The notes under the pieces were generated by a model, which searched no databases, was not told where the DNA came from, and saw only the letters and a program-made list of their open reading frames with translations. A DNA stretch of 64,000 bases from the human T2T-CHM13v2.0 reference genome, Homo sapiens, in assembly GCF_009914755.1 (NCBI RefSeq), contig NC_060925.1, one strand, 5' to 3'. This document shows, piece by piece, positions 1 to 15,059 of the stretch. A program made the position numbers and the translations under genes. Within the stretch, counting starts at the first letter, position 1. Each line of letters starts with the position of its first letter.

Positions 1-1303
1 ATTTCCAAGACCAAACTGTGAGGTACCAAGGAGAGAGAGACCTGTATTTGGCCATCCATAAAACACAGCTCCTACTGTATTTTGGTGCACTTAGGAGGAT
101 ATGCTATTTCCAGAAAAATAAACCTCTTCCTCACCATTTCTAGTAGCCAATAAATAGCAGAGGCTTTATAATTATTAAGCAGCCCCAAACACCTGGCACT
201 GATCTTCGTTAAATTCAATAAAAAACGAGCCCCATGCTGCATTTCTTTCTTCCATGCTCAGCAGTGGCCCGAGCCTACGCCAGAGAACGGGGCCAAGCTG
301 CCCTTCTCCCCCAAAGGGAGCCCGACACAGGAGTCCTGCTGGGCGTTTGCTCATTTTAATGATGCGGTTAGAAAGGAACAGAAGATGAAATGAACTTTTC
401 ATAGGAAAAGGCTGGACCGAGGCTTACTAGGACTGTGAAGCTTCACTACCAGATCTCCAAACGAAAATCCTACTTGCTTTGATTTTTTTCTCTTAAGAGT
501 GCCTTGGTCATGTGTCATGGGGCTGATCCCCAGCTGCCACCAGCTTCAGATAACCTCAGTGCTTCCTGGCCACATCCCCCCACACCGGGGCTGCCCTGAG
601 AGGCATGGGGAAAGTCACGGGTCCTTTGGGGATAAGCACTGACCCACGGCCCTGGAGGGGCATCCCTCCAGGATAAGAGGATGCCTGTGCCCCACGTACC
701 CCTGCGTCTCCCCTCCTTCTATCCCATTGGGTGAGAATCAAGCTGGGGAAGGCCAGAGCCCGAGGCCCGGCTGATGAGCCCCAGGCTTTGATGACAGGCC
801 TGCTTGACAGGAAGCCTTCAGATGTCAGTTCATTCCAGGCAGATCTTCTCCCCCTCCAAAGCTGAGTTATAAAGCACCCGAGCTTTGTTATTTTATCTCC
901 GGCTCGCAGGAGCCCTGGGAGGGCAGCTGCTTTGGAACTTTGAGGCTGCTCAGCCCCTGCCTCCTCCCGACTCTCCTCCTTCCGGGGCTCCTTGCAAGCG
1001 TGTCCTTCACCAGAGGACTGTCAGGACTTCCCACCACCAAAACCTGTGCTCCACACCCACTCCTCAGCAGCGGCCTGCTCTCACCCAAGGAAATCCCCCG
1101 TGCGGCCCTGAGGTCCACCTCACAATGGAGATACAAGCCCCACAGTGCTTGGCTCTCCGGCCTGGGAAGCTGGAGGGGCTGAGCTAGAAAAGTTCAGCCC
1201 AGCAGCATGAAGGCAGGCCTGGCCGACAGCACACTAGACCCCGTGGGGTTCAGCCCCAGAGCCTGGAGCAGCAGGAGCAGACAGCTCTCCAACCCCAGCT
1301 GCA

Positions 1304-1690
1304 AGAGAAGAGGAACTGGAGGGAGAGGCACAGGAAGGGGAGGAGGAGGAAAAGGGAGAGCAGTGGTGGGCGGGGGAGCAAATCAGGGAAAAGGAAAGGG
1401 GGAGAGGGAGAAAGGAAGGAAAAGAGGAGAGGGATAGGAAGGGGAAGGTGGAGGAGGAAGAGGAAGGAGGAAAGGGGAAAAAGAAGGGGAAGGGGAAAAA
1501 AGAAGGGTAGGGGAGGAAGAAGAGGAGGAAGGAAAAAGGGAAGAGAAGGGGAAGGGAGGGGGGGAGGAGGGAGGAGGCAGGGAAGCCAAGGGAAAGGAGG
1601 AGAGGAGGAGGAAGGAAGGGAGAAGAGCAGGGAAAAGGGGGAGGAGGAGGGAGGAAAAAGCGAAGAGAAGAGAAAGGGGAGGGGGAGGGG
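1304..1690 (+). repeat. G/A-rich polypurine low-complexity tract
   Basis: About 390 bp almost entirely G and A (gga/gaa/ggg motifs). Confidence 0.9.
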
Positions 1691-1930
1691 CGTGCTGTGC
1701 TCAGGGCCAGTGCAGCCACTGAACACAGGAGACCACTGGCGGGGATGCGAGGAGGAGGAGAGCAGGCGGACTCTAGGAGGCTCACCCTAGGACACTTCAC
1801 CATCCCACCTTTAAGGAGGTGACTCACAGATTCTCACAGGACACGGGAGGGTCTCTGCTGCCAGAGGCTTCCACCCAATCTTAGCGCCTGCTTTAAGAGC
1901 CTCAGAAGGAGCTCAGAAAAGAAAATAATA

Positions 1931-2285
<355 letters not shown>

Positions 2286-2939
2286 TCACTGGCTCCCCGC
2301 CCTAGAGTCCGCCACACCTGCCCCGGCCTGGCATCCTCTGCAGGCTTCCAGCTCTCCCACTCTTCTGGCTCATTCCGCCCCTGACTGGGCTACAAATCTT
2401 ACAGAAACATGGACTTCTTTTATCCAAATTCTACCTATGGCTCCTCAGAGAACGCCACCCCATATCCTATACTCATATTCAACAAACCATGCCTATTTTA
2501 TCTCCCTGGAGATCAGCCACTCCTGGATGGGGATCATCCCACAGGGCCAGGGAGGGTGCTCCCTCCTGTCTCAGGCCTGAGGACCAGGGCAAAGCATGCT
2601 AGATAAACGTGCCCAGTACCCTCAAGAACCTCCGTTTCGTTTCCCCTAAAAAACTCCACAGGGACCAACTCTGACTCTGCCCTTCTATTGTGCTACAGGA
2701 GTGGCGGTTTTCGAGTATGAGGAGGGGGAGCCTGCTCCTAGGATTTGCTCATTGTCAGGCACTGCTAATGATGCTCCTCCCCCGCTGCCCACACCCCACC
2801 TCTGCTCCCCAAGCCCCTCCCTGTGCTGCTCCTCCCCCTAGTTGGCCAGGGTCCTCCAAGTTCCTCCCGCTGTGCTTCTTCCCATCCCCAAGCTCCTTTC
2901 ACTCCCTGCCCTCCTCTCCTAACCCCAAGCTCCATTCAT

Positions 2940-4345
2940 TGCCCACTCCCCTCCCCTCCTCTCCTTGTGCTCCTCTCCATCCCCGAGCTCCTCTCTCATT
3001 CCTACCCTCCTCCCCTCCACTCACGCTCCTCCCAATCCCCAAGGTCCTCTCATTCCCACCTTCCTCCCTTCCTCTCCTCACGCTCCTCCCTATCCCCGAG
3101 CTCCTCTCTCATCCCTACCCTCCTCCCCTCCACTCACGCTCCTCCCAATCCCCAAGGTCCTCTCATTCCCACCTTCCTCCCTTCCTCTCCTCACGCTCCT
3201 CCCTATCCCCGAGCTCCTCTCTCACTCCCTCCCTCCTCTCATGCTCCTCCCCCCTCTCCTCATGCTCCTCCCCATCCTCGAGCTCCTCTCTCACTCCTAC
3301 CCTCCTCTCCTCCACTCACGCTCCTGCTGATCCCCAAGCTCCTCTCGTTCCCACCTTCCTCCCTTCCTCTCCTCCCACTCCTCCCCATCCCCGAGCTCTT
3401 CTCACTCCCTCCCTCCTCCCCGTCCCAGAGCTCCTCTCTCACTCCCTCCTCCCCTCACACTCCTCCCCATCCCCAAGCTCCTCTCCCTCCCTCCTCCCCT
3501 CACACTCCTCCCCATCCCCGAGCTCCTCTCCCACCCTCCTCCCCTCCTCTCCTCACACTCCTCCCCATCCCCGAGCTCCTCTCTCCCTCCCTCCTCCCCA
3601 TCCCCGAGCTCCTCTCTCATTCCCACCCTTCTCCCCCCCTCACGCTTCTCCCCATCCCTGAGCTCCTCTCTCATTCCCACCCTCCTCTCCTCCTCTCCTC
3701 ACACTCCTCCCCATCCCAGCTCCTCTCACTACCAACACCCTCCCCTCCTCTCCTCATGCTCCTCCCCATCCCTGAGCTCCTCTCACTCCCACCCTCCTCC
3801 CCTCCTCTCCTCCCACTCCTCCCCATCCCTGAGCTCCTCTCTCACTCCCTCCCTCCTCCCCTCCTCTCCTCACACTCCTTCCCATCCGAGCTTCTCTCTC
3901 ATTCCCACCCTCCTCCCCTCCTCCTCACACTCCTCCCCATCCCAGCTCCCCTCTCATTCCCAACCCCCTCCCCTCCTCTCCTCATGCTCCTCCCCATCCC
4001 TGAGCTCCTCTCTCATTCCCACCCTCCTCCCCCTTCTCTCCTCACACTCCTCCCCATCCCTGAGCTCCTCTCATTCCCACCCTCCTCCCCTCCTCTCCTC
4101 ACACTCCTCCCCATCCCTGAGCTCCTCACTCCCACCCTCCTCCCCCCTCCTCACACTCCTCCCCATCCCTGAGCTCCTGTCATTCCCACACTCCTCCCCA
4201 TCCCTGAGCTCCTCTCATTCCTACCCTCCTCCCCCTCTTCATGCTCCTCCCCATCCAAGTTCCTCTCTTACTCCCACCCTCCTCCCCTCCTCACGCTCCT
4301 CCCCATCCCTGAGCTCCTCCCTTTTACTTCCCACCCTCCTCCCCA
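2940..4345 (+). repeat. C/T-rich minisatellite (VNTR), about 55-60 bp unit
   Basis: Recurring unit CTCCTCCCCATCCC(C/T)GAGCTCCTCTCTCA(C/T)TCCCACCCTCCTCCCCTC...CTCACA; 113-bp higher-order period at 2981/3094/3207. Confidence 0.9.
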
Positions 4346-4870
4346 ACCTCAAGCTCCTCTTTCTTTTGCTTCCCTCTTTCTTCCCTTTGCTTCCCTCTTT
4401 CTGCTCCCTTGCTTCCGTCTTCCCTTTGCTTCCCTCTTTCCTCCATCTTCCCTTTGCTTCCCTCTTTCTGCTCCTCCTACTGCTCCACCCTCCACTCTCC
4501 TCCCCTTTACCCCCCATACTCATCCCTTTTACTCCCACACTCCTCCCTTTTACCCACATTCCTTTTTACCCCCCCACTCTTCCCTTTTACTCACATTCCT
4601 CCTTTTTACCCCCACACTCTTCCCTTTTACCCCCACACTCCTCCCTTTTACCCCACACTCCTTCTCCTCTACTCCCTATTCTTAAGTTACTCTCTTCACC
4701 CTCCTCCCCCTTTGCTCCCCAAGCTCCTCCCTTTCACTCTCCACCCTCCTCCCCCATCCCCACCATCCTCCCTTTCACTCTCTATCCTCCTCCCCCTCAA
4801 CTTCCCCCTACTTCCGCAGCCAGGGTCCTCCTCCACTCACCCATACTATCAGGTTCTCCTTCCAGCCCCC
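4346..4870 (+). repeat. Polypyrimidine tandem sub-arrays continuing the VNTR
   Basis: About 20-bp units CCCTTTGCTTCCCTCTTTC, then CCCTTTTACCCCCACACTC. Confidence 0.8.
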
Positions 4871-6529
4871 TTGACAGCTAAGGTACATTTTGTTGCCCCC
4901 CCTCCCCCTGCATTCATCTGGAATGGACCACAAGCTCCTGAACATGAGACCACACTCAACCCAGAGACACACCTATCCTGAGGCACCTGAGGACAGCACA
5001 CATGGGGGCATCATAGGAAGGGCCTGGCTTTGGAGTTACAAAACCATGGTGTCCGCCTGAAACAACACCGTGTACTGACATGAGATCCCGGCAGGCCACT
5101 CTGCTCTCAGAGCCTCCATTTCCTTGCATTTAAAACCGGAAGCATACACTGGCGGAGAGGCACCCTCCCCATGGGATTGTGTGCGGAGCAGACCAATGAG
5201 TGTGACAAGCCTGTTAGCAAGGTGCTATGTACAATGGCCACTCACATTTAAAATCACGCTGGAAGTCAGAGCACTCCTGGAAATGTCCCACACCTATGGC
5301 CCTTTCCAGGGGTTTGGAGTCACGCCTTGGGGGTCCTTTCTAAGGACAGCTGGGAGGTGCACTGTTGTCACTGGAGAGGGAGTTCACCTGGTTTATGCCG
5401 AATCCTCGGCTCTCTGTGACCCGATTCCAAGAGATGGGAATCAAGACTCCACTGAGGCCTCCCATTGCCCACCCGCACACGCGCCTGCATGCTCACACCA
5501 CACCTTCACCCCCGCCACTGTGGAGGAATTCCTTCCCACTGTTCCCGCTCAGAAATCTGGATGCCCACCTTGCAAGCTGTACTGCTTTATCACGTGGAAC
5601 TACAACCCTGGCTTTGCTAACCTCAGTGGCTACATTTTCTAATTGTCTCCCTAATTATGGAATTCAAAGTAAAAACACCACCATAGCATTCCAGTAGCAA
5701 AAGTAAGACTTTCATAATTTTGAAGTTCTGAAGCATAGCAAAACCAATACAGAATCAAGATTTGCTCGTTTCCTTAAATCTACCCAGTCTTCTAATTCCT
5801 AGTTTTTGACACATAAAGTGACATTTTTATAAAGATGAATCTTTAAATGGCAAATTAATCCAAGCAAGAGGAGATTTAAGAATATTTATCAAGTTCATGC
5901 CTGAGAACAATGATATAAAAGTAATTTTAATTACCCAAAGATGTCACTGACATAAAAATAGCTCTGGGATATTTTTCCCCAAATCTCCTCAAGGAATGCC
6001 TGGGCATACACAGAGGCAAAAATCGTGGGCCTGTGACTTAAGATGGTGATCTCTTCCACAGCTCAAACACACAGCGAAGTCAGACCTCCTCAAGGAAGAT
6101 CGGCAGGCTCAGAGCTTCTGAATTGGATGACATCTTCCTTATGTGTCTTGCCTTCTCTAAAGCTTAACCACAGGATGCTGCCGGGAAGAATCCAGCTCTA
6201 TGTGAGAGCACAGAGCTGGCTTTGGGGGTAGCGTCCCCTACATGGGCACAGACTCCTCTTGCTCAGAAGCTATCACCACCCAACTGGTGGCTGTGCCCTG
6301 GAGAAGGAGTCGTTCCCCTCTCACAGATCTGCAAGGCCAGATTTAATGGGTTACCTTCCAGTCTGAAATGGCACATCTGGCACCCAGGAACTCCTATAGG
6401 ACCCTGAAACAGTCCCAGTTGGCAAAAGGCTGAGTGGCACAGAGCTGAGACCGCTCCATCTGAACCCCCAGAATCCAGCCTCCCTGCCTTGCTTTCCTGT
6501 CTAGCCTTGCACGTCTCATCTTGTAGGAT

Positions 6530-6908
6530 GGTACATTCATTTGCTAAGCAACCATAACAAAGTACCACAGAACGGTGGCTTAAACAACAGAACTTTATTA
6601 TCTCACAGTGCTGGAGGCGAGAAGTGTGAGATCAAGGTGTTGGCAGGCTTGTTTCCTGCTGAGGCCTCTCTCCTGGCTTGCACAGGGCGGTCTCCATGTC
6701 TTCGCATGGGCTCCCCCATGTGTGTCTGTGTCCTCCTCTCTTCTTACTGGGACACCAATCAGATTGGATTAGGGCCCACCCATATGATTTCATTTTACCT
6801 TAATTACCTTTTAAAGACCTCATCTCCAAAGAAGGTCACATTTTGAAGTACTAGGGGTTAGGACTTCGACATATGAATTTGGGGTGGACACAATTCAGCT
6901 CATGACAG
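6530..6908 (-). mobile_element. MaLR solo LTR (MLT1B/C-like)
   Basis: ACCATAACAAAGTACCACAGA..GGTGGCTTAAACAACAGAA and GGGGTTAGGACTTCGACATATGAATTT motifs. Confidence 0.8.
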
Positions 6909-7459
6909 ATGGGAGGTGCTGTTCAGCAGAACTAGACAGAACTAGGCAGTTCTAGGACAGAACTAGAGACAGGGGTCTTGGGCAAGGCCCTCTCCCCAGC
7001 AGACCAGACCATAAGCCCTCAGTAGGCAGAGCCCACCCAAGACCTCTGGGCTCCTGGCAGTGACCCCACCCCACAGCTCCCAGAACTGGGTTTTTAGGGG
7101 GTGAAGATCTCGAGCATCAGTGCATTGCTCTCAGTCCTCAGCACCACCTCCTTAAGGGCCTGCACTGTCACATCGGTAAGATTCAAAACATAGCCATGGG
7201 CCAGCATGGAGTCCCCCAGAGCAGCTGGTCTGAAACAGAAGCGGAAGGGCTGGATGCAGAGTGCTCCAATGAGCTCGGGGCCAGGCTCCGACAAGAGGGA
7301 AAGACAGACCCAGGAGCCCGGCAGAACCTTTTCCCCACAAAATTCAATGGCTCTTTCAAAGTCTTGTTTCTTGGCAACCCTCACAGGTTACTAAGGGGGG
7401 GGTGGCTAAGTGTCAGGTGCAGCTCATCAGTGAGCAAGAACACACCGAGACAGGAGCCT

Positions 7460-7634
7460 GAGTTGGCAAATTAAAATACAGGACAGCTAGCGCTATTTGG
7501 ATTTCAAATAAACAAGTAATTTTTTTCATATGTAAATACGGCCCATGTAATGACCGGCAAGCTTAAGCTGAACAATTATTGTATATCTGAAATCTAAATT
7601 TTACTGGTGTCCTGTATTCTGTCTGGCAACCCTG
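7460..7634. mobile_element. MER53-like palindromic hAT MITE
   Basis: Inverted termini GTTGGCAAATTAAAATACAGGACA ... TGTCCTGTATTCTGTCTGGCAACCCT, about 175 bp. Confidence 0.75.
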
Positions 7635-8329
7635 CTTCATGAGAACAGTCCCCCACTTTGCTGATATACACTTGGTGTCTTCTCAGGGAGTCCGTTCTCC
7701 CACGGAGCTGACTGCTCAGAACACGAGGCCCAGGCCAGGGATGCCCTGGAGAGCTGATCCCCACAGGAGGGGGCTACCTGCAGACCTAACCCCTTGCCGT
7801 GGCCCCACCCTCTTCCAAAACCCTCCCATGGGTCTGGTTACCCATACGTTTACTTTACAGGAGAAGGCAGGTACATGCCATCTCCTCGACACCCCTGAAT
7901 TCAGCCATCATGGACCACGTAGAGCCAGCCTTCTGGTCTGGTCCTCTCTCAGACATCTGCTACCAGTGCTGCTCCCACCGTCACCAGTCGTGACCATAGG
8001 AATGTGCAGTGGGAGTAGGGTCAAGTGACTGAAGGACCCCCGCAGACCGGAGGATGCTGCTGAGGGCACATGATACTCAATCCAAACTCACAAAATGACG
8101 CCTATTTCTCCTGCCCACGTTGCCGCAGATCCTTCCAACACTCAGTTCCCACGGTGGAAACACGCGATCCATCAGGGCAGCCAGCTGGTCCTAGCTTCAC
8201 AACACGTCAGGAATCTGAAGGCGTCTCATCGTCTCCACCATCTCTTGCCAGGTTATGGCGGGAGCCAGATCCCACGCTTGTCCTCTTAGGGTCTGTTCTC
8301 AACCTGGCACTCACAGCATCTCTTTAAAA

Positions 8330-8885
8330 CTTACACAGGGCTATGTTATCCCTTTGCTAAAAATCCACCAAAGACTCCTCATCTCATTCAAAATGCAAGC
8401 CAAGTTCTTCCCACAGCCTGCAAGGCCCTCTGTGCCCCGCCTCCACCCTGCAGCTCTCTGACCGCCTTCCTCCTTCCTCCGCGCCTCGCCCACCAGGCAC
8501 ACTCCTGCCTCGGGCCTCACACTGTCAGGCACCTCACCTGGATGGGAGGGATCTCCACTTGCCAGAAATGCACTGGGCCAACTCCTTCACCGCCTGGGAG
8601 CTTTGCTCAAATCTTACCTTCTGAATCAGGCCTGCCCACCCTATTTAATTCTGCAACAGACGCCTTCCACCCCTCCCCCACACTCTCAAGCCCCCTAAAC
8701 CTGCCTACTGTTTCCTTCTACAACATTTCCTTTTTAACATGCCATCTGCTTATTGGTTCACTGCTTATTGTCTGTTACCCACTCTAGAATGTGTGCTTCA
8801 TGGAGGCCAGAATCTATTTGGTTCACTGATGTATTCTAAAAGCCCAAAACAGTGCCTGAGACATAATGGGTGCTCAGTAAAGACT
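8330..8885 (+). mobile_element. L2 3' fragment
   Basis: Typical L2 3' end: GTTCACTGATGTATTC...AGTGCCTGAGACATAATGGGTGCTCAGTAA. Confidence 0.65.
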
Positions 8886-9035
8886 TAAAACCTAGCTTCA
8901 CTATCCACTGCGTGGTCACCAAAGAACAGTAGCAGGAGAAGTGCCAATACTTACTCAGTATTTCTCATGTGCCAGACACTAAGAAAGAGGTTTTCTTTCT
9001 TAGAAATGTTAAATGTTAAATGTTGCACAATTTAA

Positions 9036-9195
9036 GCTGGACACGGTGGCACATGTCAGCAGTCCCAGCTACTTAGGAGGCTGAGGTGTGTGGATCACTC
9101 ACCAGAGTTCTAGGCTGTAGTGTGCTGACTGCACTTGTGAATAGCCACTGCACTCTAGCCTGAGCAACACAGCATGATCCCATCTCTAACAAAAA
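9036..9195 (+). mobile_element. FAM (free Alu monomer, 7SL-derived)
   Basis: Monomer retaining the 7SL segment GTGAATAGCCACTGCACTCTAGCCTG. Confidence 0.75.
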
Positions 9196-10768
9196 GGCTG
9201 CACAATTCAATGTTCACAACTGCCTTGCAGTAAGTCAGGTTGAAGTTTCTCTACTTTATAAATGAGAAAACGGACTCAGAGAACACATAACTACAAACAG
9301 GTCAGAATTCTGACCTAGATACTAAAGCCCATGAGATTGTATCACCACCCTGAGAAGCACGCATATTATCTACAGTTACCTGGAGACTGTCCTTGTCCCC
9401 TTCCTCATTCACTGTCCCTCCCACCTGATACCTAACATTTACCAGAAGGCACAGCCCTACGCAGATGGTCAGGACAGGCATTGGGCCGCATTCACCATTA
9501 GGAGAGCTGCGTGGTGGGAGTTAAGGACGCTGGCCTTGGCACCTGGGTCACCGGCTCCCTTGGGTCACAGGAGCACATCCTGGCTCCACCCCTCACATGC
9601 TGTGGGGCACAGACAAAGCACACTGGACACAGGTGGCGCTCATGGCGGGTCAGCATATGCGCATGTGTATAACACGGCCTCCAACAGGCAGTACGTGCTC
9701 CGGGACTGCTCATCCCCGTTGAGGTGGCTCTTCTCATGGGGAACTCCCAGCTTGTCACATGAGGGCCTGATCTGGCCTGTTGCTTGGGGCCAGGGAGAAG
9801 CGTAAATAGCAAACAGCACTAAGGAAAGATCCGAGAAACGACCCTTGAGCAGATCCTTGTCCTATGCCAAGATCAAAAGGCGGCAAGACCCAGAAGGAAA
9901 AAATAATTCTTTTATGAAATTTTCACTCACCTCTGACTTCCAGTGGATTAAAGAAACACTGAAAACACACTGGCCTCAGCAAGTAATCAGATTTTACCCT
10001 TCATAATCTAGGGTTTCTGCTGCCCGGCCTTTCCCCGCATCAGAGCCCTCAGGCCTCCGGCCACATTCGCTGACCTCTAGTCACTGGGCTTCCTTTCCTG
10101 GGGTTGGTTTTCTCCTGCCAGGGCTTGGAGGCGCCCTGGCAACACAGGCAGGCGCGCTGCTCACCTCCCCATACGACACACCTCCTGGCACACCAAGAGC
10201 AAACGGGGCTGACATCCACAACTGCTCCCAGGCAAGGAGAGGCAAGGCTGCTGGCCTTTGAGAGCTGACGGACTCTGATGAGCTGTGGGGAGGGAGGGCA
10301 AGGGCTCCTGAAGTGTCTCACACTGTAAGACAGCAGCAGCCCCAGATACCAAAGCTGCTGCCAGGAAGTGGTGGGTGACAGGGAGGGGGAGAGAAGGCAG
10401 TTTTGCCTTTGAGTCCAGATGAAGCCTTTCAGGCTCAGATTTTTCCAGTCTTTCCTTAAAAAAAAAGAAATGAACATGCCAAGCATTACTAAGCATATTC
10501 TGTAACCACATTTCTTGTGAGCTACAGATTCCATGTGAGTTGATTCTAAATGAAACTGACATCCGTGTTCACACACAAGTCATCACCCTAGAGGGAGTGG
10601 GCCTGGGAGTTCACGGCCTAGGCAGGCCCACAGAAGTCCACGTGGCCTAACGCCTCTCCTCGCTGCCCTCGAGGAAGGTCCAGGAACGCTTCTCCAGATA
10701 GAAAGTGAGAAGCTATCTCTACAGACCCAAACAAAAAGCTTTTAATGATAGCAATAGCAACATTTTAA

Positions 10769-11124
10769 CTTTTTATTTTATAGACAGGGTCTTGCTCTGT
10801 CACTAAAGTTGGAGTGCAGTGGTGTGAAGAGAGCTCACTGTTGGGGGAGGGGGCTTTGCCTCTGAGTTTAGCCTCAAACTCCTGGGCTCAAGCAATCCTG
10901 CTGCCTTAGCCTCCCAAGTAGGTAGGACTACAGGTACATACCACCACTCCTGGCTAATTTTTAAAATTTTTTGTAGAGATTTTGCTGCCCAGGTTGGTCT
11001 CAAACTCCTTGGCTTGCCCTCGCTATGTTGCCCAGGCTGGTCTCAAACTCCTTGGCTCAAGCAGTCCTTCCACCTTGGCCTTCCAAAGCACTGGGTTGAT
11101 AGGCACGAGCCCCAGTGCCCAGCC
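10769..11124 (-). mobile_element. AluJ with internal duplication
   Basis: Reverse Alu; TGCCCAGG(T/C)TGGTCTCAAACTCCTTGGCT occurs twice; flanks share AGCAACATTTTAA (TSD). Confidence 0.8.
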
Positions 11125-12539
11125 AGCAACATTTTAATATGTCTCAATGATTATATATTTAGTCTGGTAGAACACATGTGACTCTCTGCCAATGATATGG
11201 TAGCTTTGAGCAACTGCTTATATGACCATTGAACTTGATGTTCCAGAATGAGGTTTGTTAGGGAGACCTGCTTTTAATGGATCCTTGTCTTCATCCAAGC
11301 AACTACAAGATCAAGCCTTTGTGAACCGCACATCACTCCATCATTTTCTTCCCAGCTGCCCATCGGTGTGTAATTGTGAGGTCGTTAGAGTCCTATCAGA
11401 CAAGAACAGCTAACACCAAGTGCTTAGTCTATGGCAAGCATGCCTCCAGGCCTCTTCTCTAACAGAAACATGGGTGGATGCAAAAGCACCTAAGAGTTTG
11501 ACCAAAGCACACCCCATTCAATTCCTGACTCTACCACTAATACTTACAGTCGAAGTGTCTTAATCTCCCAACGTCTGTTTCATGGGGATAACAATACTTA
11601 AACCTAAGTGTGAAATAAAATAATTTAAGTGGAGTGCTGCCCTGTCAATGTTTACTCTTTTCCTTGAGATCAAGCCTTTCAGGTATCTGAGTGAAGATGG
11701 TTGAGCCCAACATCGCCTCTCACCCTCCACTTGTCCCCCTTCTGTCTCTACAGCACTGAGAAGAAGTGGCTGGGTGCACTCAGTGTAGTTCCCAGTGGAG
11801 AGGTCCAGTGTAGGGCTTCTTCCCTCTCAAGCTGGAGAGACCAGCACCAGAGCCTCAGGATGAGGATCTTAGAGCCAAAGGCCTCAGGGGAGGCTGGCCT
11901 GGAGAGACCTGCGGGCCCTGGAGGAAAACCAGCCCCATCCTGAGTGCTCCGCCTGGATTCCCAGGCTCCAGGGGCAAAGCAGCAGGTGGCGCTGCAAGTC
12001 CCAGAGCCCACAAGTAAAGGGAAGGTCATGCGGGGTCCGCTCTGGACACAGAAGAGCCGCCTTCTCTCCCACCAGGGCAGGCCCACTAACCCCATCAGTG
12101 CTCCACCAGACCCAGGCCCCCTGAGCCAACGAAGAGTGATAACCCCTTCCAAGAGTCTCAGCAACACACAAGGGGGACCGCCCAGAAGAAACAGACACAC
12201 CCCCAGAAAGAGGGAGCTACTGGAGGATACATACAACTTGAATTTTAATTAAAATAATTATAGTGCTCAAGAGGATTCTACTGCAACATACAGAGGAGGA
12301 AAAAAAAAGATTTCCTGTAACTAGAAAACATGATTTCCCAACTAAACAACTCTTCAAAGAGAAGAAAGGTGGGCACATAGGATTCTTGAGTTACTCACTC
12401 AGAAGATCAAGACCAGGAAAGAACAGAGTGGAAGATGCCGGGTGGAAGGCGTCAAGCTATGAGACTGTGAGGGTGCATCCTGAGACCTGGGAGGAAAAGG
12501 GACGGATGAACAGGGGCAGTGAAGACCCCAAGCTCTAGA

Positions 12540-13307
<768 letters not shown>

Positions 13308-13348
13308 CTATCAAGTTTTTTTTTTTTTTTTAAAAAGATATATGAAGA

Positions 13349-13979
<631 letters not shown>

Positions 13980-14364
13980 TATATACCAGTAGCCTCCCTG
14001 GCTGAGGACAACAGTAAAAAAAGGTCTCTAAAAATATATGGACCAGAACCAAGACCCTACAGTGAGAAAAGAGGAGAAAGAACTGATGACCAATGAGCCA
14101 AACGGTCTTGGGCCTTCTCAGGGGTGAATAGTTGATGCCTATTTCAATGTTGTTTCTGACACCCTTGATTTGATGGGTGATTGTTGTCATTTAATAGTGT
14201 AGATTCCCATCATGTCTAAGCAGAATGCATCTCAGTGATATGCACAAGACATGCAATTCAGTTTTTAAATTAATGCCACAGTATTTACTTTTACAGATAA
14301 TTCTAAGACACAACTCAGACTAAAAATATGCTAGGATTCTTTACAGTTTGAAATTCTGTTAGTT

Positions 14365-14681
<317 letters not shown>

Positions 14682-15059
14682 TTAAAGTAGAAATATTTAG
14701 TTATTACTGCAAGAGTAAAATGTTGCAATAATTAAAGACTGTAATAGCTACTAATTTTATAGGCAAAAAAATATTAAGAAATTAAGAGCCTTGAAGTATA
14801 TAAACTGAGAAACAGAATGACAGTTAACAGAAATATTATGAGTATGTTGTCCAGATAACTTTAGAAAGAATATTTATCCTTTTAGAAATGACAGTTATAA
14901 AATTTAAGTAATAATACAAGACAGAACAACAGAGTTTAGATTATATCATAATTATAATCTTTGGAGAATTATTTCATATATTAGCTTTCATAATACTAAA
15001 TAGCCCTTAAGAACTTAGTGTAATTTTATTGTCATTTAATTTTATTCAGGCTATAACTA

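Noticed and set aside
1207-1827. ORFs across the G/A tract
   Set aside because: Low-complexity translation only.
2940-4345. CRISPR-like repeat-spacer array
   Set aside because: Eukaryotic DNA; units are contiguous degenerate tandem repeats without unique spacers.
2690-4981. Long Pro/Ser/Leu-rich ORFs (323, 449, 171, 190 aa)
   Set aside because: Artefacts of the C/T minisatellite, which lacks stop codons in every frame; no gene structure.
7133-7151. TCAGCACCAC as a second RE1
   Set aside because: Left half-site only; no GGACAG right half nearby.
7094-7384. 96-aa minus-strand ORF with protein-like composition
   Set aside because: No similarity that I recognise, non-ATG start, no convincing splice sites.
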